Below, one piece after another: positions 9,075-21,550 of a DNA stretch of 64,000 nucleotides; position 1 is the stretch's first letter, and every line of letters begins with the position of its first letter. The notes under the pieces are model-generated. The model ran no database searches and was not told the DNA's origin. It saw only the letters and a program-made list of their open reading frames with translations. The DNA is from Blastocladiella emersonii ATCC 22665 (taxonomy: Eukaryota; Fungi; Blastocladiomycota), in NCBI GenBank assembly GCA_025594325.1, contig JANHCV010000017.1, positions 124,001 to 188,000 of the forward strand, in the 5' to 3' direction. Position numbers and translations under genes: made by a program.

Positions 9075-11627
9075 TTACATAACACAATAGACCTCGCCTG
9101 AAGGCGCGCGCGCCAGCTTCTCGCTCTTGGCACACACAATGACGTCTTGATTGTACGCGCGGCCGCGCTCGTAGAGCTCAGAAAATCCTTGGTTTGTGAG
9201 AGTATGGTTGAAATCAAGGACGGGGAGCGAATCTGGATCATTCATGGCCATCATGGCCACTCGGTCACCATGGACCTGCCACCCTACCCACTGTTCCTTG
9301 TCGACCAGCGGGACGCGAAATTTATCAATTCGCGACGGTGTCGCTCGGGCAGCCGAAACATGTTGGCCCGGATCGAGGTGGTTCGTGGCAAGCGAGGCGG
9401 CCTGCGGCAGCCTGCCCTGCTTGAGATCCATGCCGACGCTTTGATTCGCGCTGCTCGATCCAGAGAAGTTGGGGTACAGCATCGCGTAACCGCGAAGTAT
9501 GGCAAGCTCAATAAAGTACTTTTTCCATGACGCAGACCATACGGTTGAGCGCGACCACGGGAAATGCACGCGCCGGCCATCCTCGGACTGCCGACGAGAC
9601 AAGTAAGCGAGGAATTCCCGCCAGTGCTCTGGAAAGTAAACGGCTCCCCAGCTGCACGGTAGCTGAAGGAAGAAAGCGGACCGCTCTGAGTGGCCTGCAC
9701 TTGCAAGAAGGGGTCCAGGCTTGAACGGAACAACTCCGCTCGAGAGGACCTCGATTACCCGAGGTGTGTAGAGCGAGACACCAAAGACGGCCGAGGACAA
9801 GGTACCAATTGAAGTCAAGCCGCTGCTGCCTGGTTCGTACTCCCCAGGTTGTGTCGTCACGGACGAGTACCGCAACCGGAGGATGGCGCACTTGGCCCAC
9901 ACGTAGAACATGGGTGCTACCTCGATGTCGTCCTCCAAAAAGATGGCGTATTCGTGGTCGTTTGTGGGTGACCACGACTCCGCAACGCTCGAAACAAGTC
10001 CTGCCCGAGCGCTCCTTGCGCGGGTTTGCACTCGACCATGCGGCCAGGACCACGAACGGGCAACATCCCACTGCCATCGTGGCGCACCGGGGACCATGTC
10101 GACAGCCAACGATGCGTCGACTCGATCTCCCATGTACTCTGCTTGCGAAAGTGAACGGAGCAGTCGGTGCAGTGATTCGGGGCGATTGTTCGATATGATG
10201 TTGATCAGGATGCTCGGGCGATGCCACGCGCGAAGTGCACTGACCGGGAGCAATGCGACTGACCAAAGCTCAGGTGAGCTGGCCCACTCAACAACCGTGG
10301 CCGGTATGAGACTGTTCGCTGAGGTGTGCGGACGCAAGTGTTCGGAAACGTGATGCTGCCGCGGAGACAAGCACGCATGCTCTGCCAGCGGGCGCAAGTG
10401 TTTTGGGAGGTCCGGATGCCAAACGAGGACTTGGACGCGACGCTGAAAGCAGAGATAGGTGACAACTTCGGCGAGGGCATCGGTTGATGTTGTTGACGAT
10501 TGAAAGTGGTGCCGCGCGGCATTGTCGGGTATGGGATCATTACTGCTGCTGCTCCATGCGAGCTCGTACGGGGTGAGCACAGAGTTCTCATCAAAGGCCC
10601 GAAACAGTGCATCGCTTTGGCCAGGGGATCCGACGATGAAAAGAATGCCTTCGCCAACTTCCCCTTTGTCTCTGTCGAGTCCGTCCCCAGCGAAAGCCCA
10701 GCCAGTACGAGCAAGGTCGCGAGCGAAAGGCGGGATTGAAGAGGACAGCAGATAACTGGGTGTGTTGGCCAGCTCGGGTTCGGTAAGCGAAAGAAGCGGT
10801 ACTCCAGAGTATCGAGTAAGCGTAACGCCAAGCCAAGGGAAACCTATGGTAGGGTAGCCGGGCCCAACCTTTGACAGTGCCCATGAAAGGGCCTCGGTCG
10901 GTGCGATCATGGGGCCGACGGGGATGTCCACACGAGAGAGCCTTGAACCAGCTTTCGAAGTCGAGCGACCGACTTGGGCAACTCCGCCGGGCACCAATTT
11001 GTCCGCCTGGAGCAGCAGGCCCGAGCTTGAAAGCGCAAAAGTGGAGGGTAGTTCTACTCCGTTGACCTTTCCAGCTCTCGACTTTTCGTAGAGGTCAATG
11101 AGGGAGGCAGCCGCCGCGCAGGGATCGTATGGCGGGCCAAGGTCTTTTTGTAGAAGGACGAGAGAATAGGGCGTGGTGACTGTCGATAGAGCCAAAAGGA
11201 GGCTCAATGCATTGTCCTCGGCCGCGAGCGTCGCCAAGCCAGAGAAGCGGAGACCGCAATCGTTTGGTAGGGCCGTGTCCGTCTGGTCTGTGAGAACGAT
11301 AACGGTCAGAGGCGAGGTTTGAAGATGTGAAGCCGGCGTAGCTGTATTGGGTGCACCAGCGAGCTCGTGTGTAGCGAAAGATTGAGCGCGCTCCGCCCGT
11401 TGTAAGGGCCCAGACAGCTGCGAGGGTGAGCGCTGAGGCCCCTGTGCAGTGCGGCGAGTGGGTATTGAATTCGATGGCGGGGACAGGAGAGCGGCGTATG
11501 TGTAAATTGCGAGGGTGACCAAAAGGGCAAGCGCGAGCAACCTGCGACGGCGAAACGTCATCCATGGACGGCGATCTCGAGGCAGCCATGGTCGAAGCAT
11601 AAATTCGTGAATGCGCAAAGTCTCCAT
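9075..11627 (-). CDS. Type II membrane GT-A fold glycosyltransferase (GT2-like), ~850 aa
   Basis: RRRR followed by an N-terminal TM anchor. C-terminal domain has NRPESLHRLLRSL..AEY, W.WPHG, ESW, IFLEDDIEV (DxD-like), GVSLY, QLPCSWGAVYFP..W, SWKKYF, YAMLYPN. Start (METL, 11627) inferred. Confidence 0.75.
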   Translation of the reverse strand: METLRIHEFMLRPWLPRDRRPWMTFRRRRLLALALLVTLAIYTYAALLSPPSNSIPTRRTAQGPQRSPSQLSGPLQRAERAQSFATHELAGAPNTATPASHLQTSPLTVIVLTDQTDTALPNDCGLRFSGLATLAAEDNALSLLLALSTVTTPYSLVLLQKDLGPPYDPCAAAASLIDLYEKSRAGKVNGVELPSTFALSSSGLLLQADKLVPGGVAQVGRSTSKAGSRLSRVDIPVGPMIAPTEALSWALSKVGPGYPTIGFPWLGVTLTRYSGVPLLSLTEPELANTPSYLLSSSIPPFARDLARTGWAFAGDGLDRDKGEVGEGILFIVGSPGQSDALFRAFDENSVLTPYELAWSSSSNDPIPDNAARHHFQSSTTSTDALAEVVTYLCFQRRVQVLVWHPDLPKHLRPLAEHACLSPRQHHVSEHLRPHTSANSLIPATVVEWASSPELWSVALLPVSALRAWHRPSILINIISNNRPESLHRLLRSLSQAEYMGDRVDASLAVDMVPGAPRWQWDVARSWSWPHGRVQTRARSARAGLVSSVAESWSPTNDHEYAIFLEDDIEVAPMFYVWAKCAILRLRYSSVTTQPGEYEPGSSGLTSIGTLSSAVFGVSLYTPRVIEVLSSGVVPFKPGPLLASAGHSERSAFFLQLPCSWGAVYFPEHWREFLAYLSRRQSEDGRRVHFPWSRSTVWSASWKKYFIELAILRGYAMLYPNFSGSSSANQSVGMDLKQGRLPQAASLATNHLDPGQHVSAARATPSRIDKFRVPLVDKEQWVGWQVHGDRVAMMAMNDPDSLPVLDFNHTLTNQGFSELYERGRAYNQDVIVCAKSEKLARAPSGEVYCVM

Positions 11628-11903
11628 GGCAGTGTGTATGATTATGTAGAGGACGAGTGAGCGCGCGGGTGTCGTAGGTGCATTCTTCGCCAGGCGGGAA
11701 CACGAGCAACGGGACGCGACGCGACGCGGCGCGCCCGTCACGGGGAAGCAGCCGAGATCGCCTGCCCGCGAGGCACCCAAGGCGCCCGATCAACCGACCT
11801 CCCCTCTCTCCATTCCTCTGCCCACAACGCATGCACTGCTTTCTAACTACCTGCAACTCGATCTAAACGCGCCGTTACACGCCCCCCTTTGCTTGCGACA
11901 CAA

Positions 11904-14387
11904 ATGGACTTCCCAGACTCCCCGCCGCCGCGCAAGCAAACGGCTGAGCTGGCACCGGCAGAGCTGGCACCGGCAGAGCTGGCACCGGCAGAGCTGGCAC
12001 CGGCCAGTACTGGATCGGGCGCCGCACTTGGGCTCACCGGACCACCGCAGGGTCTCAGGCGCACGCTCTCGACCCAGAGCGAGCCCGGTCAGCCACTGCT
12101 GGGCCTGCCGCTTGCCCCCTCGCGGATTCCGCACCCAGGCTCACGCGGACCTACTCAATCCCGTCTCGGCCTCGGTAGCACGCTTACACGACGTGTACTC
12201 GACACGTCTCCAAGTTTGCGTCCACGTCGCGGGCTTCATGCACATGCGGCAGATAGTAAGCCCTCTCTACTCCCCAGCGACATCGGACTGCACGTCGACC
12301 AACACGGAAGTTCTTCAGACTCCGATTCGGACAACGGTGACGACCAGGTGTCCTTGGGAGTGCGCGCAGCGCCGCCGGATGTCTTGTCTGCCGAGCTGCC
12401 CGTGACTGAGGGGCTCGCGGACCCTTTCGATCGCGCGCGCCATGTATCCTTTCCTGAGGCCCGCTCAGCGTCCGTGCGGTCATCAAGTCGCCCGCCTTCT
12501 GTCGCTGCGACCAATTCGTCCTCAGTCGACCCTGCTTCCTTCCTCGATGCAGACGACATGCTTTTGCGTGACGTTTGCCTCTCCCCAGACCACGCTGGTC
12601 ACTCCTTGGGGCCACGACTCGACGTACTCGAGTCTTACTTGCGCCGTGTTTCTCGCCGAAACGCGCGCCCATCATCTCGGTCTGCTACTTCGCCGACGCC
12701 CCAGCATCCCTACCCCGGGTTTGGTAGGGATTACCCCGCGGCAGCAAAGGGAGCGGATGACGCAACTGTGCGCGCCTCGATTCACGACACGTTGGAGAAC
12801 ATTCGTCGCGGCAAGATTTCCGTTCGTGGTAGCCGAATTGGAAAGCGATACACGTACTTTTCGCTTGCGGACGGCATCGTAGTTGCCAGCACGCTTGAAG
12901 AACTTGTGCTCGGGTCACTGCAGTCAGCTGCCCAGAACCCCAACCTGCCGGCTGCCCCAGCGGCTTCGGCTCGTCCCTCGCTCCAGAACAGGCCCACGTC
13001 CAGCGCCAATCGCTCCTCTCGTCTGCCGGGATTTCACCCTCCTCCATCGGCTGCTCCGGCCAACCCAAGCGAGCAAACTCCGCTTCTTTCGAGCACCCCG
13101 CAGTACTCCTCGTTCACTCCAGCTGATTCTTACCCGTGCCATCCCGATCTTCCGACGTACAATGCGCAGAGTCCTGACACTGACCAACTCGGCTCCTCCA
13201 CATCTACTTCCTCACGCGCATCAACCCCTCCCAATGGGACGGGACCTCCTCCTGACTACTCGGCACCCCCGCCCCTCCACGTCATGCTTGCGCGGCCAGT
13301 GACGTGGTGGCTGGACGTGGAGGCCCCAAGCCTTGAGGAAATGCGAATTTTATCTCGCGTATTTCACGTACATCCGCTCACGGTCGAGGACATTCTCCAG
13401 GGCGCCGAGTGCCCGCAGGAGACACGCGAAAAGACCGAGTCCTTCCAGGCCTACCTCTTTCTCACGGTTAAAACCGTTGACGCCAATTTCGCCCCGTTCA
13501 ACTTTTATGTCCTCGTGTTCCCCGCAGGGGTCCTTACCATTCATTTCCCGCCCTGCGCGCACGGAGCGAATATTCTCAAGCGAATCTCTCAGCTCGTTGA
13601 CTACGGCTTCGAACTCACACCCTCGTGGATTTGCTATGCGCTCATTGACGAGATCGCCGATTGCTTCGCACCCATAACTCGGTTGATTGAAGCTGAAGTG
13701 GACACAATCGACGACCTGGTCCTCGTACTTCGAGGTCGCGAGCAATCTGACATGCTTCGGCGCATTGGTAACGCACGAAAGCAAGTCATGCTGATGTTGC
13801 GGCTTTTGTTGGCCAAATCGGACGTTATTAAAACTCTGATCAAGCGCGTGAGGCTGGACGGCTCGAGCCCCGAGCTCCTTGGGCCAGACACGGCGCTCTG
13901 GGAGGACGTCAAGGAGTGCGAAACATGTTTGCGTAGAACTGACAGTCGCAACCACAACTAACCTTCGCGCCCTTTTAGTCACGTTATCACGATGCTGGGC
14001 AACCTCCAAGCCTACGAAAAGACCCTCGCACGGGCACACTCGAACTACCTCGCGCAGATTTCCATCGAGATTACGCAGTCCAATGAGGTAGGCACGCCTA
14101 CGTGGTTTACAACTAACCAACTGGGCTCCGTGGCGCCAGGAAGCACCCACGCTGACTGTAATTCTTGCCCGCACGCGTTCTAGCACATGAACAACGTTGT
14201 TGCCAAGCTCACGATCGTTGCGTCGGTCATGGTCCCCCTCAATCTCATCACAGGCCTTTGGGGCATGAACGTCAAAGTTCCTGGTCAAGAAGTAGACTCC
14301 GAAGCCTGGTTTTACCTCATTGTGAGTGGAATGGGGGTCTATGTGCTGTTCTTGTTGCTACTTGTGCGTCGCGGTGGTCTCCTCTGA
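11904..14387 (+). CDS. CorA-family Mg2+ transporter (Alr1/Mnr2-like); join(11904..13915,13979..14087,14184..14387)
   Basis: WWLDV..P, FHVHPLTVEDI, REKTE.F..YLF, WICYALIDEI.D, SDMLRRIG, RAHSNYLAQISIE, and two C-terminal TM helices with the signature GLWGMNVKVPG. Introns of 63 and 96 nt restore the frame. Confidence 0.93.
11946..12004 (+). repeat. Coding 15-bp tandem repeat x4 (ELAPA)
   Basis: GAGCTGGCACCGGCA repeated four times in the N-terminal tail of the CorA gene. Confidence 0.9.
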
Positions 14388-14429
14388 CAAAAAAATGACC
14401 TCAATCACCTGTGGAATCAAATCTCCTTG

Positions 14430-14900
14430 CAAACCGCGGCAGAGCAGCTGGCCGCCGCCGTTGCCAAGAGCGCAACTCAGGCGGACGGGAATCCCCGCAT
14501 GAACCCGTCGTGTTTGCGGAACCTGTGGATGAGCGACGAGCCCACCAGGCCAGCCGCAGTTCGCTCAATGCGGCCGCCGCGCGGAAGCTCCACGGTCATT
14601 TCGCGCGCGACCCTGCGCAGCGTGGTGTCGGCGTGCTTGTCGTTGTCGATCGTATTGAGAGCGCCAGCAAGATAGGGGAAGGCCGCTTCCGCGACGTCGG
14701 GCACACGGGCCAGCTAGGCCAGGCACGCGATGAAGTGCACCTGCGTGTCAGGGATCGACAGGCCGGGGGCGGTGCGGCCACCACAAGTGCAAGCGCTGGC
14801 GGGTTGGCAGCTGGGCTCTGTGGAGGCCGCGCGTGAAGCGTGACCGGTCCGCGTTGATCTCCTCTCCGTGAGGTGCGTCGAACAGTTGGCTGGTCGAGCA
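14430..14900 (-). mobile_element. Decayed LINE 3' fragment related to the element at 30.7-33 kb
   Basis: Translation IPDTQVHFIAC..LARVPDVAEAAFPYLAGALNTID..RGGRIERTAAGLVGSSL..GFMRGFPSA aligns by eye with 31840-32120 (+). Stops and deletions present. Confidence 0.85.
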
Positions 14901-15255
14901 AAGTTTCCCCGGGATGCGCAGCACCAACACCAGCACAGCACCAGTAAATATATACCAGTTTGGCGCTGTGCCAGCACCTTCGTGGGCCCAGAGAGGAGCG
15001 CGGCGCCGGCCTGTCCTCGATGCCCGCCGGCGAGCGAGCAGCGACCGAGGCGATGACCTCACCCTGGACCTCACCCCGGTGCAGTCTGGAGACGGACACA
15101 CGCGCCCCTGTCGGGGACAGCGGAGACCGGAGCAGAGGGAGTTCCGGCAACGACTTGCGCTCAGCCGACCGGCGGCTGCTGCCCATCCAACCCGCCCCCA
15201 CCGTCCGATAACGTCGCCCGTCGCGTCTCTTAGTCTATGCAACCATCGCCCCACC

Positions 15256-18200
15256 ATGTCCTTGATTCTTCTCGCTCGCGCACCCCGGCTCGTCAGCGCC
15301 CGCATCACGCTTCCCGCGGTGCGCGCTGGGCGACCTTTGATCCGCGCCGTTGCGCCGCCAGTCCTTCCGCATCTGCGCCGTGCTCTTGCTTCGAGCGCGT
15401 CGCCTGTCGCGGCTGCGCCACCGCTGACTAGCTACCCGGTCCTCGGCGAGAACATGAGCAAGGAGGACGTCAAGAGTTTCCTCTCCTACTTCAAGAGCTT
15501 GACCAACCTGTCGCTGCAGGTTCTGCCGCTGTACCGCCGTTACGGCGACAAGCACGTTCTGCTCATCCGCGTCGGGTCCTTTTACGAAATGTACGGCCCG
15601 CAAGCCCACGAGTGGTCCGTCAAGCTCGGCATCAAGCTTACATCCAAGGGCAACTGCGGCTTCCCGGACTCTGTCCTGCCCGACTACATCCACAAGCTTG
15701 TGCACGAGCATGGCCAGCGCGTCGCCGTCTTTGAGCAGGTGCGCGGGGGCGAGACGACGGCTCAGCTTCGCACCGCCGTCCTCTTGCGCGACGCAAGCCG
15801 TCCGGGCGCGCGCATCACCAAGAGTGGCACTCTCACCGTGGCTGGCGGCAAGTCGTACGGCATGGCACGGTATCTCGACCGCATCTACACTCCGGGCACT
15901 CTGCTCAAGGCCGAGGATGAGCCGGTTTACCTGGCGGCCCTGTACCGCGACTCCACCAATGCCAATGACCCGATCACGTCCGACACGGTGTTCCACTTGA
16001 CGTTCTGCGACCTTGCCTCGTACGAGTCTAACTATCTTTCCGTTGACGCCGCAGGCTTGGCTCTCGCCCTGCGCGGCGTTGCGCCCGCCGAGCTCTTGTG
16101 CCCAGTGGGTCTGCTTGACACGCCCGTTCGCCTTGGCGCAACTACCGATACGTCGACCGTCCCGCTTCGCTCTCTTCTTCCTCAACGCACTATGACTACG
16201 TACCGCCCAGTCTCTGACTTTGCGCCGCGAGTACACGCACGCGACGCGGGGCACGGGATCGGCGACGCCGAGACGTGTCCGCCGGCCCGCGCAACTCGAC
16301 ACGCCATCCACGAGTATCTCGAGTTTGTGTTCCTTGGACGCGTACCCGACTTGGCTCCGACGGCCTCCCTTGCTGGCCACCATGCGCTTGTCTCACGTGC
16401 CACGGCCGCTCACCTTGAACTTTTCAAGACCGTCGCTCGTGGATCTGCCGTTGGTTCGATTGTTGGGTTCCTGGACCACACGATTACCAAAAGCGGCCGC
16501 CGCACACTGCGTCGTGCCGTGTCCATGCCGATGCTGGATGTTCGTGACATCAATCGCCGTCTGGATGCTGTCGATGACCTTCGCGCGCATCGCAAAACGG
16601 TGCTGCCGCGTGTTCGGGAAATGCTTGATGCCATCGCGCCGTGTGCCCCGCTTGAGCAAGCGTGTGCCGTTATCGAGAACGGCGGCGCAGGGTGCGATCT
16701 CCAACTCCTGCCTCTCACTCGCCCGTGACGCTTGACTAACGAATTCGTTCCGCCTATCTAGTCCCGAAACCATCGCTGCCATTTACCGTATGCTGCTGCA
16801 ACTGCACGCCTTACGCCGCGCCCTTGAGCCCTTGCCTTCGCTGTACTCGCGTGCCGCTGCACTCGACGATGGTTTGGCGGGCCTCCTCAAGCAGCTCGAC
16901 AAGGCTTTTGACTTTTCACCAAATGCTACCGGCAGCGCTCTCACAATCCGCCCTGGCTTCGACGAAAAGTACGACAAGTACGTGTCCGTTGAAGGGCAGC
17001 TCCAGGACCGCGCGGCCCAGATCGAACTCAACTTCCGTACCCACTTCAACTTTGGGAGGAGCGAGAAGACCCCCGAGTTCCGCCCTGCTGTCCTGTCGAC
17101 GACCTTCCCAGACGCCACGCCTACGCCCGGCTACATTGAGCTGACGCCAGCCGAATACGCAAAGGTGGCCGGCGCCCGGACTCCAAAGGGGCTACCGCTT
17201 GTGGTGAAGACGAGTGAAACGAAATCGCGAGTCCGCGTCACGTACGCGCCGTGGACGGAGTTGCAGGATGGGCTGGCGCGGATGCGTGGGGCCCTTGCGC
17301 GGATGATCGATGGCGCGGTTCGAGATGCTTTGGCCCAGATGAGCACTCAGCTCGCGGCGCTGCGTGACGCGGGCGCCTTGCTGAACGAGCTCGACGTGAT
17401 CCAAAGCCTTACGCGCGTCGCGGACGAGTGGTCGTGTGTGCGGCCCAAGTTCACAACCAGGTGCGCGAGTCCCCTGCTGCGCAGCCTTCTAGCGTATGGA
17501 CCTAACAGCGTGCACGGGATCTAGACGAAACGTGGCCATTGCTGATGGCTACCACCCAATCATTGCTGACTCGGCGACGCAACACGGGCGCAAGGTCGTC
17601 TTCAACGACGTTCGTCTGGACGAAAACGAAAAGTCCCTCTGCATCATTAGCGGGTATGTGTTCCTTGCTCACTCGACCTGTGACGTTCTTACTCACCCTC
17701 GTTGGCGCCTGCTAATCCAGGCCGAACATGGGCGGCAAGTCGTCGTACCTGCGCATCCTGGGTGTCGCGGCGCTCATGGCGCAGCTTGGTTGCCCAGTCC
17801 CCGCGTCCAGTGCTACCCTCCCCATCTTTGACGCGATCCTGACTCGTTTTGGGTCCAGTGATGACGTGTACCACGACCAGTCGACGTTCATGATGGAGCT
17901 GACCGAGTTGCAAGAAATTCTTTCAAAAGCAACGCGCAACTCGCTGGTGCTCCTCGATGAGCTCGGCCGTGGCACCGCGCACGACGACGGGACCGCCCTT
18001 TTCTGCGCAGTGGTTCGCGAAATGCTACAGCGCAGAACCCTCACGCTCATGACCACGCACTACCACGGCGTCGACGACATTTTACGGAAAGCCCTTGCCC
18101 CCGACGAGTTTGCCCGCATCCAGTTCCTCCAGTCCCAGTGCACTACGGATCGGAGCGGCCTGAAGGTAGACTACAAGCTCGTGCCAGGGATGGCGCAGTC

Positions 18201-18381
18201 CTCTCGAGGGCTCGAGATTGCCGCGTGGGCGAGTATGTAGCATCTGCAGTGTCGCTCGGCCGTGCGTCTCCCTCGCTAACTGTTTCCTTCTGTGTTACGT
18301 TTAGATCTGCCCAAGCACATTCTCAGCGACGCGATGCGGATCCGCGACCGTTACGTGCGGTCGCAGACTCAAAGTTTGTAA
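15256..18381 (+). CDS. MSH1: MutS homologue, mitochondrial MSH1-like; join(15256..16691,16762..17460,17525..17653,17721..18232,18305..18381), 950 aa
   Basis: Arg/Ala-rich presequence. Mismatch-recognition motif RVGSFYEMY, CGFP, VAVFEQ. ATPase motifs GYHP, SGPNMGGKSSYLR, DAILTRFG, STFMMEL, LVLLDELGRGT, TTHY, SRGLEIA. Four GT-AG introns give 2853 nt in frame. Confidence 0.85.
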
Positions 18382-18431
18382 CACACTCGTTGAAGCGGAG
18401 CAAGCAAATGTATCCTTAGTTACTAGTTACT

Positions 18432-20033
18432 TTACGCGTCCTGAGCGTCGGTCACCTCGACATCCTCATCGCGCGGACTGGCTTCGCCCATGGTCTGGTC
18501 GTCAGCGGAAGACTCGTCGACCTTGGTGGCTGCCATCAGCTGGGCGATCTTGGCCTCGGCGGCCGCCTTGTTACGGGCGGTGACGGCGGCCTGGTGCGTC
18601 TGATACCACGCGCGACGGGCCTCGAGAGCAGCAATGGTAGACTCGGCCTCGGCCGTCGTCACGGGAATCTCGACCTTGACGAGCCAGAAGTTTTCCATGA
18701 TGGTAAGCGGGAACTTGAACACGCTTCCAGTTGAGGACGAGGACAGCGCAGCCGGGCTCCCGTTGCCAGTGGGAGCAGTGGGGGTCGAAGCGGCAGGCTG
18801 GGGCGAGGAGGACTTGGCGGTGGCCGCCTTCTTCTTGGAACCCTTGGCAGACTTGGCCTTGCCCATGCCGGTGAAGAGGGCGTCGGCGTCCTCGTCGGTG
18901 CCGCGCTTGAGCAGCGTGGCGCCTTGGGGCACGGCGGCTTCGACCTGGCGGAGCTGGTGGGGCCCACCGACGGGGTTGGCGGCGGCGGCGCGCTTGGCCG
19001 AGGAGCGGGGCTTGATGTCGGCCTGCTGGCGGAGGTAGGCGATGAGGTTGGTGCAGACGAGGATCTCGTTGGAGAAGGCGGGGACCTCGGCACGCTCGCG
19101 CTCCTCCTCGGCGAGGGCGGCGAGGCGCTCTGCCTCGAGGCGCTTCTTCTGCTCGGCGTACTGGACCTGGCGGCGCTCGCGGTCCTCGCGGAGGGAGCGG
19201 TAGTGCTCCTCCTTTGCGACACGGAAGGCGTCCTGCAGGGCGTTGCGGTCGTTGTAGAGAGCGGTGAGCTTGTCCTGGAGCAGCTTGCGCTCCTCGTAGA
19301 GGGCCTGTGCCTTCTGCTCGGCGAGCTTCTTGGTGGCGGCGAGCGAGTCGAGCTCGCGGCGCACGTCCTCGAACGAGGAGGCGAGCTCGCCGTGCGAGGG
19401 CTTGAGGGTGGCGAGCGAGGCCTCGAGGTCGGCGAGCTCGGCGGCGTCGCGGGCAATCTCGGCCTCCTTGGTGGCGAAGGTGTCGAAGAGGGGCTTGCTG
19501 CGCTTGAGCTGGGCAATCTCGTTGATGGCCTTCTTCTCGTCGAGCAGCTTGAGGGAGCCCGAGGCGACCATGGCCTCGAGGGCGCGGATGCGGTCGGCGG
19601 CTTCGTCGGCGGAGGCGAAGCCGAAGCGGTCCTTGAGGTGGTGCAGCTCGGCGGACTTGGCGCGCACGGCCTTCTGCAGGGCGTGGACGCGGCGCAGCGT
19701 GTCCTCGTAGGAGCGCTCGGCGTCCTCCTTGCGCTTCTTGACGGCCTTCAGCTGCGAGCGCAGGTCGTCGCGCTTGTCCGAGGTGGCCGTGTCGGCGGTG
19801 GAGTGGGTGAGGGCCTGGATGCGCTCGCGCAGCTTGTTCTACGGGCGGGCGGGCAGCGGGTTCGATCAGCAGAGGCGGCAGGGCGGCGCGAGGCGGGCGG
19901 GGGCACGCACGAGCAGCGACTTGGTGGCGTCGATCTGGTCGTTGAGGTCCTTGAGGGCGGCGGCGTGCTTCTCAAAGTCGGGCTTCGGGGCGACGCGCGG
20001 GCCCTTGCGCTTGGCGGCGGCGTCGACGGACAT
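18432..20033 (-). CDS. BFR1: Bfr1-like coiled-coil protein; join(20033..19911,19838..18432), 509 aa
   Basis: N-terminal KPD..H...L..L...I, then SGSLKLLDEKKAINEIAQLKRSK, VPAFSNEILVCTNLIAYL, and C-terminal FWLVKVEIP..A..T...L..RRAWY. One 72-nt intron. Confidence 0.8.
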
Positions 20034-20232
20034 GGCGGCGGCGGCGGCGGCGGCGGTTGAGTTCGTTTGAGTGCGTGCGGCGATCGGTCAGCGATCGGCC
20101 GGTGGTGTGGGTGGAGAGGAAGAGGGAGGGCCGGGGCCGGTGGCGACGAGTGAGTGGGCGGCGGCTGGGCGGCGGCTGGGCGGCGAGGGCGGCGAGGGCG
20201 CAACCGGCGGCGGCGGGGGAGCGGCGGCCGCC

Positions 20233-20240
20233 CACGTGAC
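20233..20240. promoter_or_regulatory. GTCACGTG (Cbf1/USF-type bHLH site) in the 318-bp bidirectional promoter of BFR1/TMEM231
   Basis: CACGTGAC centred between two divergent ATGs; the same 8-mer occurs at 605-612 upstream of PCK1. Confidence 0.35.
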
Positions 20241-20351
20241 GCTCGCGTGGCGGCGGTGTGGCGCGCCGCGTGCGCCGCCGTCGTGCCGCCCTTGTCGCCC
20301 GCCCGCCGATCGCCCACCTCCGCTGCCCCCACAACTCGCCCTGGACCCGCG

Positions 20352-21550
20352 ATGCTGGGCCCGATCGGCTTCCTGCGCGCGCCGCACCAGAGCCGGGCCA
20401 CCGCGTGCTCGCCTGCCGGGCTCTCTGCCGCCCTGCTGTCGCTCCTCGCGCTGCTGGCCCCGTTCCTCGCCGCCTACTTCTCCGAGGGTATGCCCCGCCC
20501 TCGCCGCGGCAACGCTGCGCAGCCTTTGCTGGTGCCCTGATCACGGCTGACGCCCTCGGGCGGCGCCCCGCGCGCGCAGGCCTCTATCTCTCCACGCGGA
20601 CGGTCCACGAGCGGCCGCACGTTGCCTTCACCGGCCAAGTCGCGGTGCACGTGGCCGGCTCTGTGCTCGCTCCGACTGGCGTGTCGGCCCGCGGCGCACT
20701 TCGCGCCCTCGGGTGGACCGCGCACCACCACACCAACGGCACCCTGGCCGCCCTGCTGGCCACCAACGGCTCTCCAGTGCGCCCTGCCGCCGTCCAGGTG
20801 TGTACCGCGCCCGGAACTGACCTTGCGTGCGCGCGTGCGCCCTCACCGGTGCTGGGGCGCCCTAGCTCCTTGCTGTAGACGCGGACCGCGATGGCGTCGT
20901 GGAGCGGTTGGCTGCGTCGATCCACATCCCGATGCTGCCCGACGAGGCGGTGACCATGTTGCGCGTCGCACTCGGCGTTCGCGTGACCCTCGTACGGATG
21001 ATCGCTGCTCGCCCTGCTCGGCCTTGAGTCGCAACTGACGGACGCCATCCCGCTCAACGCGCCGTAGCCCGCCGCCGGCCCCTCGTGGACGAGCGCCCTC
21101 GTCCTCGAGTACCACGCTCCCGCTGCACTCGTCGCGGACGCCAGCTTCGCCGGGGATCTGCTGGTGGACGTGCAGCGCCTCGCGACCCCACGCAGCCACC
21201 AGCGCGGCGGACCGCCTGCCGATGTGGCACCACCGCCCGGGACTGTTTCCTTGTCCACCCTGCAACCAAGCGTGCGGTCGCCCCGCGCCAGGGGCGCTCC
21301 GCTCACCATCAAAGTGGCAGCCCGGGTGGTCGGCGCCACCACGCTGGTTCGCCCGTCGCCCGCGCACGTCATCAAGTGGGCCTGGGTGCAGTACGCGGCC
21401 GCTGGCCTCGCGCTCTGGGCTGCCGGCCGTCTCGGCTGCGTCCTCCTCGGCCTCAGCCTCGGCTTCCCCTCGCCTCGGCCGGCGGGCCCCTTGCAAGCCC
21501 GCTCGCTGCCCGCGCCTGCTCCGCGGCGGTTCAGGCCTGCCTCCTTCTAG
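20352..21550 (+). CDS. TMEM231: Ciliary transition-zone protein TMEM231; join(20352..20487,20580..20797,20866..20991,21068..21550), 320 aa
   Basis: N-terminal TM ..LLAPFLAAYFSEGLYL..HERPHVAF, central DADRDGVVERL, C-terminal RPSPAHVIKWAWVQY before a second TM. Three GT-AG introns restore a 963-nt frame of the expected size. Confidence 0.82.
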
